From positions 1,010 through 65,009 of the forward strand of contig DASTMX010000110.1 of assembly GCA_035713825.1 (NCBI GenBank): a stretch of 64,000 bases of DNA, read 5' to 3'. Numbering within the stretch: position 1 is the stretch's first letter; the number at the start of each line of letters is the position of its first letter. The notes beneath the pieces are model-generated. The model did not search any database. It was given only the letters and a program-made list of their open reading frames with translations, and was not told where the DNA came from. The DNA is from Candidatus Udaeobacter sp. GTDB taxonomy: Bacteria > Verrucomicrobiota > Verrucomicrobiia > Chthoniobacterales > UBA10450. Of the stretch, positions 18,247 to 28,509 are shown one piece after another. The position numbers and the translations under genes are program-made.

Positions 18247-21200
18247 ATGCATTTACACTCGCTCGACCTTCTGGGCTTCAAGTCGTTTGCCGATAGAACT
18301 GTCCTTGATTTTCACGAAGGCATCACTGCCATTGTTGGCCCCAACGGTTGCGGAAAATCGAATGTCCTCGACGCGGTGCGCTGGGTGCTCGGCGAGCAAT
18401 CGGCGAAATCTTTGCGCGGGGACGAGATGGCTGACGTGATTTTTGATGGGAGCGAAGCGCGTAAGCCGGTCGGATTTGCCGAGGTTTCTCTTACCTTCAC
18501 CGATTGCGCGGAAGAACTTGGGGTGGATTGGCACGATGTGCGGGTAACGCGCCGCGTCTATCGTGACGGCAATTCCGAATACCTGCTGAACAAAACGCCT
18601 TGTCGACTGCGCGATATCCACAATCTCTTCGCCGATACCGGTGTTGGGCGCGCTGCATACTCGATGATGGAACAGGGCAAGATCGACCTGATCCTGAGCT
18701 CGCGCCCGGAGGATCGCCGCGCAGTTTTTGAAGAAGCTGCCGGAGTCACAAAATATAAGACCCAGAAACGGGAAGCACTGCGGAAGCTGGAAGCGACCGA
18801 AGCAAATCTCTTGCGCCTTGGCGACATCATTAAGGAAGTAAAACGCCAAATCGGTTCGTTACAGCGGCAGGCTGGCAAAGCGCGGCGCTATCAGGCCTTG
18901 CACGAGGATCTTCGCGTTCTTGATACCTGTTATTCGCGCCGGGAACTCGATCTGCTCGAAACTGGCCTTGCCCAATGCCAGAGCGAAATTGAGCGCCTCG
19001 GCGAATCAGAAGCCACAATTCGCACTAAAATCGACGCGGGAGAAAACGAGTTGACCATCCAGCGTCGCGCCCTGGAGGAAATTGATGGCCAGATCGCGAG
19101 CGGACGCGGCGAACTTCAGCGTCTCGAAAGCGAAATCAATGCACATCGGAATCAGATCCAATTCAATCGGCAACGAACCGACGAATTAAACGAGCTGATC
19201 GAACGTTCTTACAGAGATATCACCGCGGCCGAAACTAAACGGCTGCAGCAGGGAAAGGAAATTCAGGAAGCAAACGCGTCGATTGAGAAAATTAGCGAGG
19301 CTTTGAGGACGAAAGAAGCCGAGCTAGACAACCTTACCAGGCGACTTTCCGAACTTCGCGTGGAGCGAAGCGCGCACGAGTCGACACTTGACGCGCTGCA
19401 AAAAACGACAGCGGGAATCAAGATCCGCATTGGCGATCTTGGGGAAGAAATTTCGGGACTCAAGATTCGCCGGGAAACGACAGATGAAAATCGGCGCGGT
19501 TTAGACGGCGCCGCTGTTGCGATGGAGGCTGACCGAGGGCGCATCCAGGGCGAGATCGCTACTGCCCGCGCGGCGGCAGAGGCTCACCAGAGTAAGGTCG
19601 ATGGCTGCCGAGCGACTCTTCAAGCGCGCGACGAGAGCCGGCGACGGCAGCAAGAGCTTGTGGCAAGCATAGAAAAAGAGCTTTCCAATATTGAAAGGGC
19701 GCAGACCGAGAAGGGATCGCGCCTTGAAATTCTTCGCCAGCTTAACCAAGAAGGCGAAGGCCTCGCCGAAGGCTCGCAGGCTGTGCTCAAGGGTTTGCAT
19801 CCCCCCGTCGCGGGACGAATCAAACCTGCGTTGGCGGGCGCTCTGGTTGCAAGCCTGGATGTGGATCAACGTTTCATCGCTGCGATCGAAGCGGCATTGG
19901 GGCGAAATTTAAACGCAATTGTGGTCAACGACGCCCAATTGGCGCCCGAAATTATTGCCGTTCTCAAAGAGAAAAAACTCGGCCAAGCCGCGCTGGTCTT
20001 TCCCGGACTCGGTAGTCGCGCGCCAAGCGATCGCGGGAAGCACGCTCCTGAAGAATCGCTTGGCTGGGCCATCGACAGAGTGAAGGCACCCGAGACGCTC
20101 GCGCCCCTGGTCGCGCAAATACTTCATAATGTCGCGATTTTTAAGGGTCTCGATGACGCTTTGGCTGCGAAGCGAAAATACAGCGAAATCGCGGCTGCAA
20201 CGCTTGATGGCGATTTAATTTCCATACAGGGAGTTGTGTTTGGCGGAAGTCGAGCCGCCTCAGCCGAGTCTTTGCTCGAACGCAAAGCGCGCATGTCGGT
20301 CCTGGAGGTGGAGTGCTCCGAGATCGACAAACAGCGCGATGCTCTGCTCAAACGATCCGATGACGCCAAAGTGGCTTTGGAAAAGATTTCGAAGGAGTTG
20401 GAAGAAGCCAGAAACCAACATCGAACGGCAGAAAATGAAAAGTCTGATTGCGAGAATCGGATTCTCTTTCTTGCTCGTGAGCTCCAGGAGAGCGAACAAA
20501 AGCAGATTCAGCTCCGTTCAGAGCAAAGTACGCTGGCGCGACAAATCCAGGCGGCAGACGAACGCATCGCAAAATTGGAAGAAGAATTAACCCGAGAACA
20601 GGCAGGCCTGGCGGCAAACGAACGCGAGGAACAGGCAGCGCTGGCGGGACAGTCCGAAATTGCGAAGTACGAGAACGACGCAGTGGAACAAATGAACGAG
20701 CTGCGGCTTAGCGTGGCGACCGAGAGACAACGCTACGAACACCTTGTCGCGCAGCGCCAGCCGATGAGCGCGCGCGAAACGGAGCTGGTAGAAGCAATTG
20801 CCGCGCGCCGGTCGGAGATTTCCGATTTCGAAAAGCGTCTGACGATGCAGGCGCAGGAATCACAGAACGCTCAACAAGCGATCGAACGTCAAACGCAGGA
20901 GCGCAGGGACCTTGAGGCAACGCTCGCAATGCTCATCGAGAAACGAACCGAGCAGGCGGCAGGGCTGAACGAAGCGGAATCAGACCTGCGCACAATTCGA
21001 AACTCTCTGAACGATCTGCGTGATTCGCGTTCGAAGGAACAAGTGCGCCACGCAGAACTGCAACTGAAGATCGATAATCTCTCTGAACGCGTAGCCCGCA
21101 GGTATCAAATTAGTTTGCGAGAATTCTGTCCGGATCAGGCTGTGTATGAAAAAACTTTGCGGGCGCAGCTTAAAAGGCGGTCCGTGATGGATGTCGCAAA

Positions 21201-21984
21201 CGGCGATGAAGCCACGACAGACTCAGCGCCGCGCTCGGAAAACGCGGACGAAGTCACCGATGTGCGTCTCGACAGGTTGATTGCCGACCTTCGAACGCAA
21301 CTCGACAACATGGGTCCGGTGAACCTGGATGCCGTACATGAGTACGACGAACTCGAAGAGCGATACAAGTTCCTCGAAACTCAAAACAATGATCTCACAA
21401 ATTCGCGTCGCGAGTTGCTCGACGTGATTGCGCAGATCAACTCGACTACCAGAAAGTTGTTTAGCGAGACCTTTGCTCAGGTCCGGATCAACTTTCGCGA
21501 GATGTTTTCAGAGCTATTTGGCGGCGGACGCGCGGACCTCTCCCTGCTCGATGAAAACGATCCCCTCAATTGCGGGATCGAGATCACGGCCAAGCCACCG
21601 GGTAAACAACTACAAAGTGTTTCACTCTTGAGCGGAGGAGAGCGCTCAATGGTCGCGGTGGCGCTGCTCTTTGCAATTTACATGGTGCGACCCAGTCCGT
21701 TCTGCATCCTCGACGAAGTGGATGCAGCGATGGATGAAGGCAACATCAATCGCTTCATCGGCATGCTGGATCGGTTCGCGGAGCAGAGCCAGTTCGTCAT
21801 TATCACTCACAATAAGCGCACTATTGCCAAAGCCGACGTGTTGTACGGCGTCACCATGGAAGAGCGTGGCGTGAGTAAGCTGGTGGGGATTAAATTGAGC
21901 GCACCACAGCAGGTCTCCACCGAAACGTTTATCAGCGCAGAACAGAAGCCGAGACAGCAGCGCCTCGCGCTCGCGATGCGATAA
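18247..21984 (+). CDS. smc: chromosome segregation protein SMC
   Basis: 1245 aa. N-terminal Walker A GPNGCGKSN, long coiled-coil arms around a hinge, and a C-terminal LLSGGERSM signature plus Walker B FCILDEVDAAMD. Confidence 0.96.
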   Translation: MHLHSLDLLGFKSFADRTVLDFHEGITAIVGPNGCGKSNVLDAVRWVLGEQSAKSLRGDEMADVIFDGSEARKPVGFAEVSLTFTDCAEELGVDWHDVRVTRRVYRDGNSEYLLNKTPCRLRDIHNLFADTGVGRAAYSMMEQGKIDLILSSRPEDRRAVFEEAAGVTKYKTQKREALRKLEATEANLLRLGDIIKEVKRQIGSLQRQAGKARRYQALHEDLRVLDTCYSRRELDLLETGLAQCQSEIERLGESEATIRTKIDAGENELTIQRRALEEIDGQIASGRGELQRLESEINAHRNQIQFNRQRTDELNELIERSYRDITAAETKRLQQGKEIQEANASIEKISEALRTKEAELDNLTRRLSELRVERSAHESTLDALQKTTAGIKIRIGDLGEEISGLKIRRETTDENRRGLDGAAVAMEADRGRIQGEIATARAAAEAHQSKVDGCRATLQARDESRRRQQELVASIEKELSNIERAQTEKGSRLEILRQLNQEGEGLAEGSQAVLKGLHPPVAGRIKPALAGALVASLDVDQRFIAAIEAALGRNLNAIVVNDAQLAPEIIAVLKEKKLGQAALVFPGLGSRAPSDRGKHAPEESLGWAIDRVKAPETLAPLVAQILHNVAIFKGLDDALAAKRKYSEIAAATLDGDLISIQGVVFGGSRAASAESLLERKARMSVLEVECSEIDKQRDALLKRSDDAKVALEKISKELEEARNQHRTAENEKSDCENRILFLARELQESEQKQIQLRSEQSTLARQIQAADERIAKLEEELTREQAGLAANEREEQAALAGQSEIAKYENDAVEQMNELRLSVATERQRYEHLVAQRQPMSARETELVEAIAARRSEISDFEKRLTMQAQESQNAQQAIERQTQERRDLEATLAMLIEKRTEQAAGLNEAESDLRTIRNSLNDLRDSRSKEQVRHAELQLKIDNLSERVARRYQISLREFCPDQAVYEKTLRAQLKRRSVMDVANGDEATTDSAPRSENADEVTDVRLDRLIADLRTQLDNMGPVNLDAVHEYDELEERYKFLETQNNDLTNSRRELLDVIAQINSTTRKLFSETFAQVRINFREMFSELFGGGRADLSLLDENDPLNCGIEITAKPPGKQLQSVSLLSGGERSMVAVALLFAIYMVRPSPFCILDEVDAAMDEGNINRFIGMLDRFAEQSQFVIITHNKRTIAKADVLYGVTMEERGVSKLVGIKLSAPQQVSTETFISAEQKPRQQRLALAMR

Positions 21985-21992
21985 TTTTCTTC

Positions 21993-22044
21993 CCCGGGAG
22001 GCGGGCTGCTGGCTTGGAGCTATTCGGCAGCTTGTCCTCCCGGG
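21993..22044 (+). terminator. long GC-rich hairpin downstream of smc
   Basis: CCCGGGAGG (21993-22001) pairs with CCTCCCGGG (22036-22044), with inner GCTG/CAGC pairing. It starts 9 nt after the smc stop and has no U-tract. Confidence 0.35.
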
Positions 22045-22109
22045 AAAGCACATTGCAAGGCGATAAAATTTTTTTGCGCGGGCGGGCCGATCTCGCGTAA
22101 AATTGCGGG

Positions 22110-23153
22110 ATGCTTCAGACGGCGCAGCGCCAATCAAAAGGGAAAAAGGCCAAGGCCGCACCGCCACACGAGCGCTACCTCGAAGCTTTTCGCTGGATGT
22201 TGCTGACGCGCACCCTGGAGGAAAAACTCGTCAGCCTATACCGTGGCGGCTTAATCACGGGCGGTGTCTACATTGGCAAAGGGCAGGAAGCGGTGAGTGT
22301 GGCATGCGGATTGTTTTTGGAAAAGGGCGATATCTTCGCGCCGTTGATCCGCGACCAGGCAGGGCGATCGGCTTTCGGCGAGCCGCTGTTAGATGTGATG
22401 CGCACCTATCTGGGTTCTCGCCTGGGCCCAATGCGTGGACGCGACGGCAACATCCACCGCGGCCGGCCACGGGACAACCAGCTTGCAATGGTCAGTCATC
22501 TGGGAGCGATGATTCCAGTCACCGTCGGCACGCTGATGGCCAAACGGTTTAAGGGAGAAAAGGGCTTCATCGGCATGGCATGCATTGGCGAAGGCGGCAT
22601 GCAGACCGGTGCGTTTCATGAGGGAATGAACATTGCTGCAGTCGAGCAAGTGCCACTGGTCGTCGTCGCGACGAACAATCATTACGCGTATTCCACCCCA
22701 AACGATCGCGAGTTCGCGTGTCATGACCTGGTCGATCGGGCGATTGGTTATGGTTTTGAAGGCTACAGTCTTGATGGAACAGATCTCGGTGCGTGCCTGG
22801 AGGTGATCGGTGGGGCAGTCAAGCGCGCACGCGCCGGACGTCCGCCGCAGTTGATTGTCGCATCTGTTCTGCGCCTTTCCGGACACGGCGAACACGATGA
22901 TGCGAGCTACATAACGGAGGAAATCAAGCGCGAGCCGTTTGCGCGCGATTGCGTGAAGCTCGCCGAGCAAACAATCGCCGATTTAAATCTGGTCGACGCC
23001 AAGACCGTGGCTGAGTGGCGCAAGGAGGCCACCGCGAAGGTCGATGAGGCAGTTGCCACTGCGCAAAAAGAGGCTGCACCCGAAGCCGACAAGGAAGATT
23101 GGTGCGCGTTGTCGACGCGTGACCTTATCGATCAGGCTGGAACAATTGAATGA
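22110..23153 (+). CDS. 2-oxoacid dehydrogenase E1 component, alpha subunit (TPP-dependent)
   Basis: TPP-binding block CIGEGGMQTGAFHEGMNIAAVEQVPLVVVATNN and RLSGHGEHDD, typical of heterotetrameric E1 alpha (branched-chain/pyruvate/acetoin type). Confidence 0.9.
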   Translation: MLQTAQRQSKGKKAKAAPPHERYLEAFRWMLLTRTLEEKLVSLYRGGLITGGVYIGKGQEAVSVACGLFLEKGDIFAPLIRDQAGRSAFGEPLLDVMRTYLGSRLGPMRGRDGNIHRGRPRDNQLAMVSHLGAMIPVTVGTLMAKRFKGEKGFIGMACIGEGGMQTGAFHEGMNIAAVEQVPLVVVATNNHYAYSTPNDREFACHDLVDRAIGYGFEGYSLDGTDLGACLEVIGGAVKRARAGRPPQLIVASVLRLSGHGEHDDASYITEEIKREPFARDCVKLAEQTIADLNLVDAKTVAEWRKEATAKVDEAVATAQKEAAPEADKEDWCALSTRDLIDQAGTIE

Positions 23154-23250
23154 CGATGAGGAACCAACGTGATGTGTTGAATCCCAGCGTTGTCGCATCG
23201 GGTTTCCGATTTATCGATTCGACGGTTCAACGATTTAACGGGGCGAATTC

Positions 23251-24219
23251 ATGAGCATCACCTATCTCGAAGCGATTCGGGAGGCGCAGGCGAAACTGCT
23301 GCGTGATGATGAGCGTGTTTTCATCTACGGACAGGATGTCGGCGGCTCGTTTGGCGGCGCTTTCAAAGCAACGAAAGGTCTGGCCAAAGAATTTCCGGGT
23401 CGCGTGCTGAATACACCGATCAGTGAAGATGCGATTGTGGGAACTGCCATTGGAGCTGCGATAGAAGGAATGCGACCGATTGTCGAGATGCAGTTTGCTG
23501 ATTTTTCCAGCATCGCGCTCAACCAGATCCTAAACAACGCCGGGACGCATTATTGGCGGACGAATGTGCCAGTACCGATCACAGTCCGCCTCCCTTCGGG
23601 CGGCACGAAAGGCAGCGGACCATTCCATAGCCAATCGATGGAATCGCTCTATGCGCATTATCCCGGAGTCATTGTCATGACCCCTGCGACAGTGGAAGAC
23701 GCTTACACCATGCTCATTGAAGCAGTGGCCATCGATGATCCGGTCGTCTACTGCGAGCACAAATATCTCTATTACCATCTTAAAGCAGATAAACTCCCGA
23801 CTGAAGGCTTACCAACCGGAAAAGCGCGCATCGCGCGGGAAGGAAACGACCTCACAATTGTGAGTTATAGCGCAATGGTGCACGAAGCACTCGCGGTCGC
23901 AGAACAATTGGCCGGAGAAGGCTTTGAAATTGAAGTTGTCGATCTTCGCTCAGTTAAACCGCTTGATACGGACACCGTCCTCGCATCGGTCGCCCGGACG
24001 GGCCGTTTGCTCTGTGTAGGAGAATCGTTTCCATGGGGAGGAGTGACTGCCGAGGTCATTGCGCGAGTTACTGGCGAAGGTTTTCACCTGTTGGACGCAG
24101 CGCCCCAGCGAATCAACGCAAAAGATACCCCCATTCCCTATCATCCGAATCTTTGGTCAGCCCACCGACCTAATGGCAAAGAGATTGCACGAAAAGTCCG
24201 TGCTTTGCTTCGAGAATAG
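23251..24219 (+). CDS. 2-oxoacid dehydrogenase E1 component, beta subunit
   Basis: GQDVGGSFGGAFKATKGL, NTPISEDAIVG and the EMQFADF blocks, plus a transketolase C-terminal-like domain. Confidence 0.92.
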   Translation: MSITYLEAIREAQAKLLRDDERVFIYGQDVGGSFGGAFKATKGLAKEFPGRVLNTPISEDAIVGTAIGAAIEGMRPIVEMQFADFSSIALNQILNNAGTHYWRTNVPVPITVRLPSGGTKGSGPFHSQSMESLYAHYPGVIVMTPATVEDAYTMLIEAVAIDDPVVYCEHKYLYYHLKADKLPTEGLPTGKARIAREGNDLTIVSYSAMVHEALAVAEQLAGEGFEIEVVDLRSVKPLDTDTVLASVARTGRLLCVGESFPWGGVTAEVIARVTGEGFHLLDAAPQRINAKDTPIPYHPNLWSAHRPNGKEIARKVRALLRE

Positions 24220-24225
24220 AAATTT

Positions 24226-25446
24226 ATGCCGCAAGTCCCGATTATCATGCCGCAACTGGGCGAATCGATCGCCGAAGCAACAATTGTCGATATCAAGGTA
24301 AAGCCAGGCGACGACGTTGTAGACGACCAGGAAATCATGGACGTCGAAACCAACAAGGCAGTGATGGGCGTGACCACGCCATGCAAAGGCAAGATCGCGA
24401 AGATCGCCGTGCAACTGAAAGAAACTCATCCTGTCGGCGGGGTCCTTGGCTATGTTGAGGCGAGTGAAGAAGATGCCGCCAGATTTGCAAAACAAGCGCC
24501 GCCACCCCCGCAGCGTGAAGTCGCGGAGGAAATTCCTGCGCGTGCCGACCAGGAGGTCGTTCCCGCGCGGGAAAAGAAAATCGCCCGCGACGGGGACGGA
24601 GCACGCACAGGCGGATTGCCCGTTCCGGTCATGGCGAAAGGCGCAACATTCATGTCCCCGCGTGTTCGCGCGCGGATGGCCGAACTTCAGCTGACTACAG
24701 CCGACCTCGCAGGCATCATGGGCACCGGTTCAGGCAACCGCGTTACCATCAAAGATCTCGAAAATTTCCTTCAGAAGATCGAGCATCAGACAGCACATGA
24801 AGCCTCTGCCATTCGTACGGGAGTGGCCGACGCGATGCGGCGGAGTTGGAGCCGGCCGCTGTCAACGATTGGGGCTTCGGTAAATGTCGACCCTCTCCTG
24901 CAAGATCGACAGTCTCGCGATCCCAAACCGGGTCCCGGTCTCTACGCTCTGCGCGCGCTGGCGCTGGCGCTCGCGGAAACGCCAACCGCAGCGGCGAAGT
25001 TGTTCGGGAATCGCGTTGTACAGTCAGATTCGGTTGACGTCGGCATCGCGGTTGAAGCAGAAGATGGAATCATGGTGCCAGTGATTCGCGCCGCCGACAA
25101 AACGTCTCTTGCCGATCTCTCAGCGAAATACAAGGAGCTTGTCGATCTCGCGCGACAGCGTCGCATCTCTCCTGATATGCAAGCTGGTGGGGTCGCGACT
25201 GTTTCAAATTTCGGAACTTTTGGAATGGAATGGGGCACACCAATCCCCCTGCCGGATCAGACGTTGCTACTGGGTCTCGGAGCTGGAAAAAAAGTGCCAT
25301 CCTGGGACGAAGAGAAAAAACAATTCGTCCCAACGACGGAGGCGCAGATCACGCTAAGCTTTGATCATCGCAGCATCGATGGCGGCGGCGCGGGTCGTTT
25401 GCTCAAACAGGTCATCGAATTGCTGGAGAACCCCAAACGGCTGTAA
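24226..25446 (+). CDS. dihydrolipoamide acyltransferase E2 component
   Basis: N-terminal lipoyl domain (MPQLGESI...VETNKAV lipoyl-Lys). Ala/Pro-rich linker. Peripheral subunit-binding domain (SPRVRARMAEL). Catalytic domain with SFDHRSIDGG. Confidence 0.9.
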   Translation: MPQVPIIMPQLGESIAEATIVDIKVKPGDDVVDDQEIMDVETNKAVMGVTTPCKGKIAKIAVQLKETHPVGGVLGYVEASEEDAARFAKQAPPPPQREVAEEIPARADQEVVPAREKKIARDGDGARTGGLPVPVMAKGATFMSPRVRARMAELQLTTADLAGIMGTGSGNRVTIKDLENFLQKIEHQTAHEASAIRTGVADAMRRSWSRPLSTIGASVNVDPLLQDRQSRDPKPGPGLYALRALALALAETPTAAAKLFGNRVVQSDSVDVGIAVEAEDGIMVPVIRAADKTSLADLSAKYKELVDLARQRRISPDMQAGGVATVSNFGTFGMEWGTPIPLPDQTLLLGLGAGKKVPSWDEEKKQFVPTTEAQITLSFDHRSIDGGGAGRLLKQVIELLENPKRL

Positions 25447-25493
25447 GTCCGCCCGCATCGGGGACGTGTTGTCGATCCCCGGCGCATGAGATA

Positions 25494-26261
25494 ATGAGCG
25501 CTGTCGTTTCCTATGTGATTGCGTCCGTTCAGCGCAGCGGAACGCATTTGCTTTGCAGCATTCTCCGAAGCACCGGCATCGCCGGTTATCCGGAGGAATA
25601 TTTTTTATCCAAGCCAGGAGAAACTTGGGAGAAACGCCGGGGGGCACCCTCGCGCGACGCCTATGTGCAACAGGTTTTGCGGCAAAACACCACGTCTAAT
25701 GGGGTCTTCGGTACTGTCGTAATGTGGAATTATTTTGAGCGAATGATCCAGATGCTAAGGGAAATTTCCACGTTCAAAAATCCGGCTGCAGTGCACGTTC
25801 TCGCTGCCGTTTTCGGTAACCCGAAATACATCTGGATGCGTCGCCGTAACCATGTCGAGCAGGCAGTGTCCTGGGCCATTGCATGTCAGACCGGTTTTTG
25901 GACGCAAACACGGGAAAAAAAATTGAGGCCGCGCACTCCGCCAAAATTCGATTTCAAAGTAATCGACGAATGGTGTAAGCGAATCGCGGCACATGACGCC
26001 GGATGGGAAAATTATTTTCGGGAAAATCAAATTGAGCCGCTAGTTCTTTGTTACGAAGATCTTGTCGCATCCCATCGCACTGCAGCAGAACGCGTTCTGG
26101 AATTTCTGGGATTACCGATTCCGCCCGGTATGGAAATCCCGCAACCAACTGTTGAAAAGCAAGCTACTCGAATTTCGGAGCAGTGGGTAACACGTTACCT
26201 GGAACAAAAAAAGCCCAGGACAAGCAGACTTGCACGCATTTTCCGCGATGCGCGGATTTGA
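25494..26261 (+). CDS. Stf0-type sulfotransferase
   Basis: The N-terminal YVIASVQRSGTHLLCSILRSTGIAGYPEEYF matches, from memory, the Stf0 (trehalose 2-sulfotransferase-like) P-loop-like PAPS region. About 255 aa, as in that family. Confidence 0.65.
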   Translation: MSAVVSYVIASVQRSGTHLLCSILRSTGIAGYPEEYFLSKPGETWEKRRGAPSRDAYVQQVLRQNTTSNGVFGTVVMWNYFERMIQMLREISTFKNPAAVHVLAAVFGNPKYIWMRRRNHVEQAVSWAIACQTGFWTQTREKKLRPRTPPKFDFKVIDEWCKRIAAHDAGWENYFRENQIEPLVLCYEDLVASHRTAAERVLEFLGLPIPPGMEIPQPTVEKQATRISEQWVTRYLEQKKPRTSRLARIFRDARI

Positions 26262-26277
26262 GTTTAGCGGGCGAAAA

Positions 26278-28500
26278 TCAGTTTTTTGCTCTGCCCAATC
26301 CGAGGAGCGCAATTAAGCTCACAAAGGCACTGGCAGCAGCGATGACGCTCCCCCAAACAAGCCACGCTGGTTGATATACCAGAGCCAATCGTCCGTGGAG
26401 GCCGGGTGGGATCTCAACGATTGGAAACAAGCCGCGATACGATGTGACGGGAAGTTTCCGATCGCCAAGCCGCGCCTGGTAGCCACGAAAATATGGTCGG
26501 GAAAAAGTAAGCAAAGCCGGACGGCCACCATTGGGAACTTCAATGTCTGCTTCCACGCGATTTCGCAAATTGTTGATTCGCGAAATCGTTGCGGCAACAA
26601 ATTGCTCCCCGGGCCGCGAATCAATCGAACCCACCGAACGCACTCGAGCGAATGGAGCGCCCCGTCGATGGAAGACTCGTCCTTCCTCATTTGAAACAAC
26701 CAACTCCCATTCGGAACCTGGCTGAGGCGACAGGGCTAATTCCCGTGCAACAACAATTCCGTCCACGCCTAGCAGGGCAAGTTCGCCGTCCTTACCAGCC
26801 TGGGAATCGAGCAAGTGACCTCCAATCTCGGGATTGATCTCACCGTGAATTGACGTTGCGAATTCTCGAGCTACGCCAGCCGGACGAATTGGGCTGTAAC
26901 CGTTAATAAAATGCAATTCAGCCCACATCGAAGTGCTGCCTGGACGCAGAGTCTGGCCGACGGGCCCTGGTTTATTCGCGACGCAGTATGTCAGCTCAGC
27001 CCATGGATAGATACTGAGGTAAAGCCGAGCTGGATCGAGCGGCTCCGGTTTAAGCAACTTTTGAGTAAAATTAAATGTTGGAACACCACAGTTTGTGGGG
27101 ATGCAGACATATGTTGCCAGCAAGGCACAAAACGTAATGATCGGGGGCATGCATTGCCGAAATCCTGAATCTGGAAAAAACACTTCCACCGAAATCCAGA
27201 CCGCGGACAGTCCGACAAAAATCCAAACCAATGGAAACGCGAACGAGCCGCCCGCCCTCAATAGCAACATTACAATCGCCGTCGAAACAACGAGTCCGAG
27301 GCACGCTACGGCGGGGGTGACAGGGCTCAGTCCTCGTGAATGTTGAAAGCCTCGGAGCACTTCTGCCGCACAGATCGCAAGGATCAAATGAACAAAAGGC
27401 AACCAGCGGAAACTCCACCGAAAAAAGCCGGCGGTCGGTGCCATCGACAGCAAGAGCACCAGGAAGAGTAGAACCAGTTCCCACCTGATTTGTCTAACGA
27501 CCATGCGTGCGCGCGAGCAGATGCCTGCAATAAGCGCCGCGGGAGCAGCGAGTCCACATGCCAGCTCCGTCGCGGTATGCGGGACGTAGCGATTGGAAAA
27601 ATCGGACCAATTAACGGTCCAGCATGGCAGGATGAAACCGGGCAAGGCAGCTGGCGGAACAAGCCACTGCCAATGAGCTTTGGCGGGCTGTAATTCACGC
27701 GCTGAACCCTGGACCAGATCAAGGATCGCCAGCCATGCAGGAGCCGATAGTCCGAAGCCGAGTGCCACGCCAAAGAGCATTGGCACAACCGAGAAAATGT
27801 TCCGCCTTTCGCCGAAGGTCTTGATTGCCAGCCATAGGATCAACAGTAACAACATCAAAACCGTGTATGGGAAGCCACCAGTCACAACGAGATAAACGAA
27901 CGGTGCGGGCCATAGAAACCTCAACTTGCTTCGGCGTGGATCGAGAGCGCGCGCCGCGCTCCACCACACCCAGGGCAGCCACGTAAAGGCACCCAGCGCG
28001 CCAAACCAATCGGTCGCGCCCCAGCAAATGATCCACCCGTTCAGAGAAGCAATCAGGGCGACGAAGATCGACAACGAAATTGAAAACTGGCGATCCCGCG
28101 CCAGCAAAAATGCGCCCGCCGTCAGAGCGAACAGATGCGCAATCGAAACAGCTGCTGCCTGCTGAGCAAAAGTGAACGGAAGTTTCCAGACAACGATGAC
28201 GACCGCATTCACAAAAACCGAAAACACGCCGTATTGAAATTCGCCGGCAAGGTTTCCGCAGACCCATGAATAGGGACTTAAAATTGGCCAATTGCCGTCA
28301 GACCAACTGCGAGCCATGTCGGCGAACACCGGAAGCACAGACAACTCGTAATCGTCGTTCCAAAAAACAAGCGGGTTTCGCCAGAGAAGGATTAGACAAA
28401 AGATGACGACGAGCACACCGGCCAGAAGCGCGCCGGCAAAATTGCAGCGCGCGTGTATCAGACCCTGACTACTGGCCGTATCGTCCTCGCGGCGTTCCAC
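26278..28500 (-). CDS. large polytopic membrane protein (740 aa), possibly YfhO/GT-C-like
   Basis: About 14 hydrophobic segments in the first 470 aa, then a ~230-aa soluble domain and a final C-terminal TM helix (WGSVIAAASAFVSLIALLGL). This architecture is reminiscent of YfhO-type envelope glycosyltransferases, but the family call is weak. GTG start 9 nt after the upstream stop. Confidence 0.55.
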   Translation of the reverse strand: MERREDDTASSQGLIHARCNFAGALLAGVLVVIFCLILLWRNPLVFWNDDYELSVLPVFADMARSWSDGNWPILSPYSWVCGNLAGEFQYGVFSVFVNAVVIVVWKLPFTFAQQAAAVSIAHLFALTAGAFLLARDRQFSISLSIFVALIASLNGWIICWGATDWFGALGAFTWLPWVWWSAARALDPRRSKLRFLWPAPFVYLVVTGGFPYTVLMLLLLILWLAIKTFGERRNIFSVVPMLFGVALGFGLSAPAWLAILDLVQGSARELQPAKAHWQWLVPPAALPGFILPCWTVNWSDFSNRYVPHTATELACGLAAPAALIAGICSRARMVVRQIRWELVLLFLVLLLSMAPTAGFFRWSFRWLPFVHLILAICAAEVLRGFQHSRGLSPVTPAVACLGLVVSTAIVMLLLRAGGSFAFPLVWIFVGLSAVWISVEVFFPDSGFRQCMPPIITFCALLATYVCIPTNCGVPTFNFTQKLLKPEPLDPARLYLSIYPWAELTYCVANKPGPVGQTLRPGSTSMWAELHFINGYSPIRPAGVAREFATSIHGEINPEIGGHLLDSQAGKDGELALLGVDGIVVARELALSPQPGSEWELVVSNEEGRVFHRRGAPFARVRSVGSIDSRPGEQFVAATISRINNLRNRVEADIEVPNGGRPALLTFSRPYFRGYQARLGDRKLPVTSYRGLFPIVEIPPGLHGRLALVYQPAWLVWGSVIAAASAFVSLIALLGLGRAKN

Positions 28501-28509
28501 AGAAACGCC

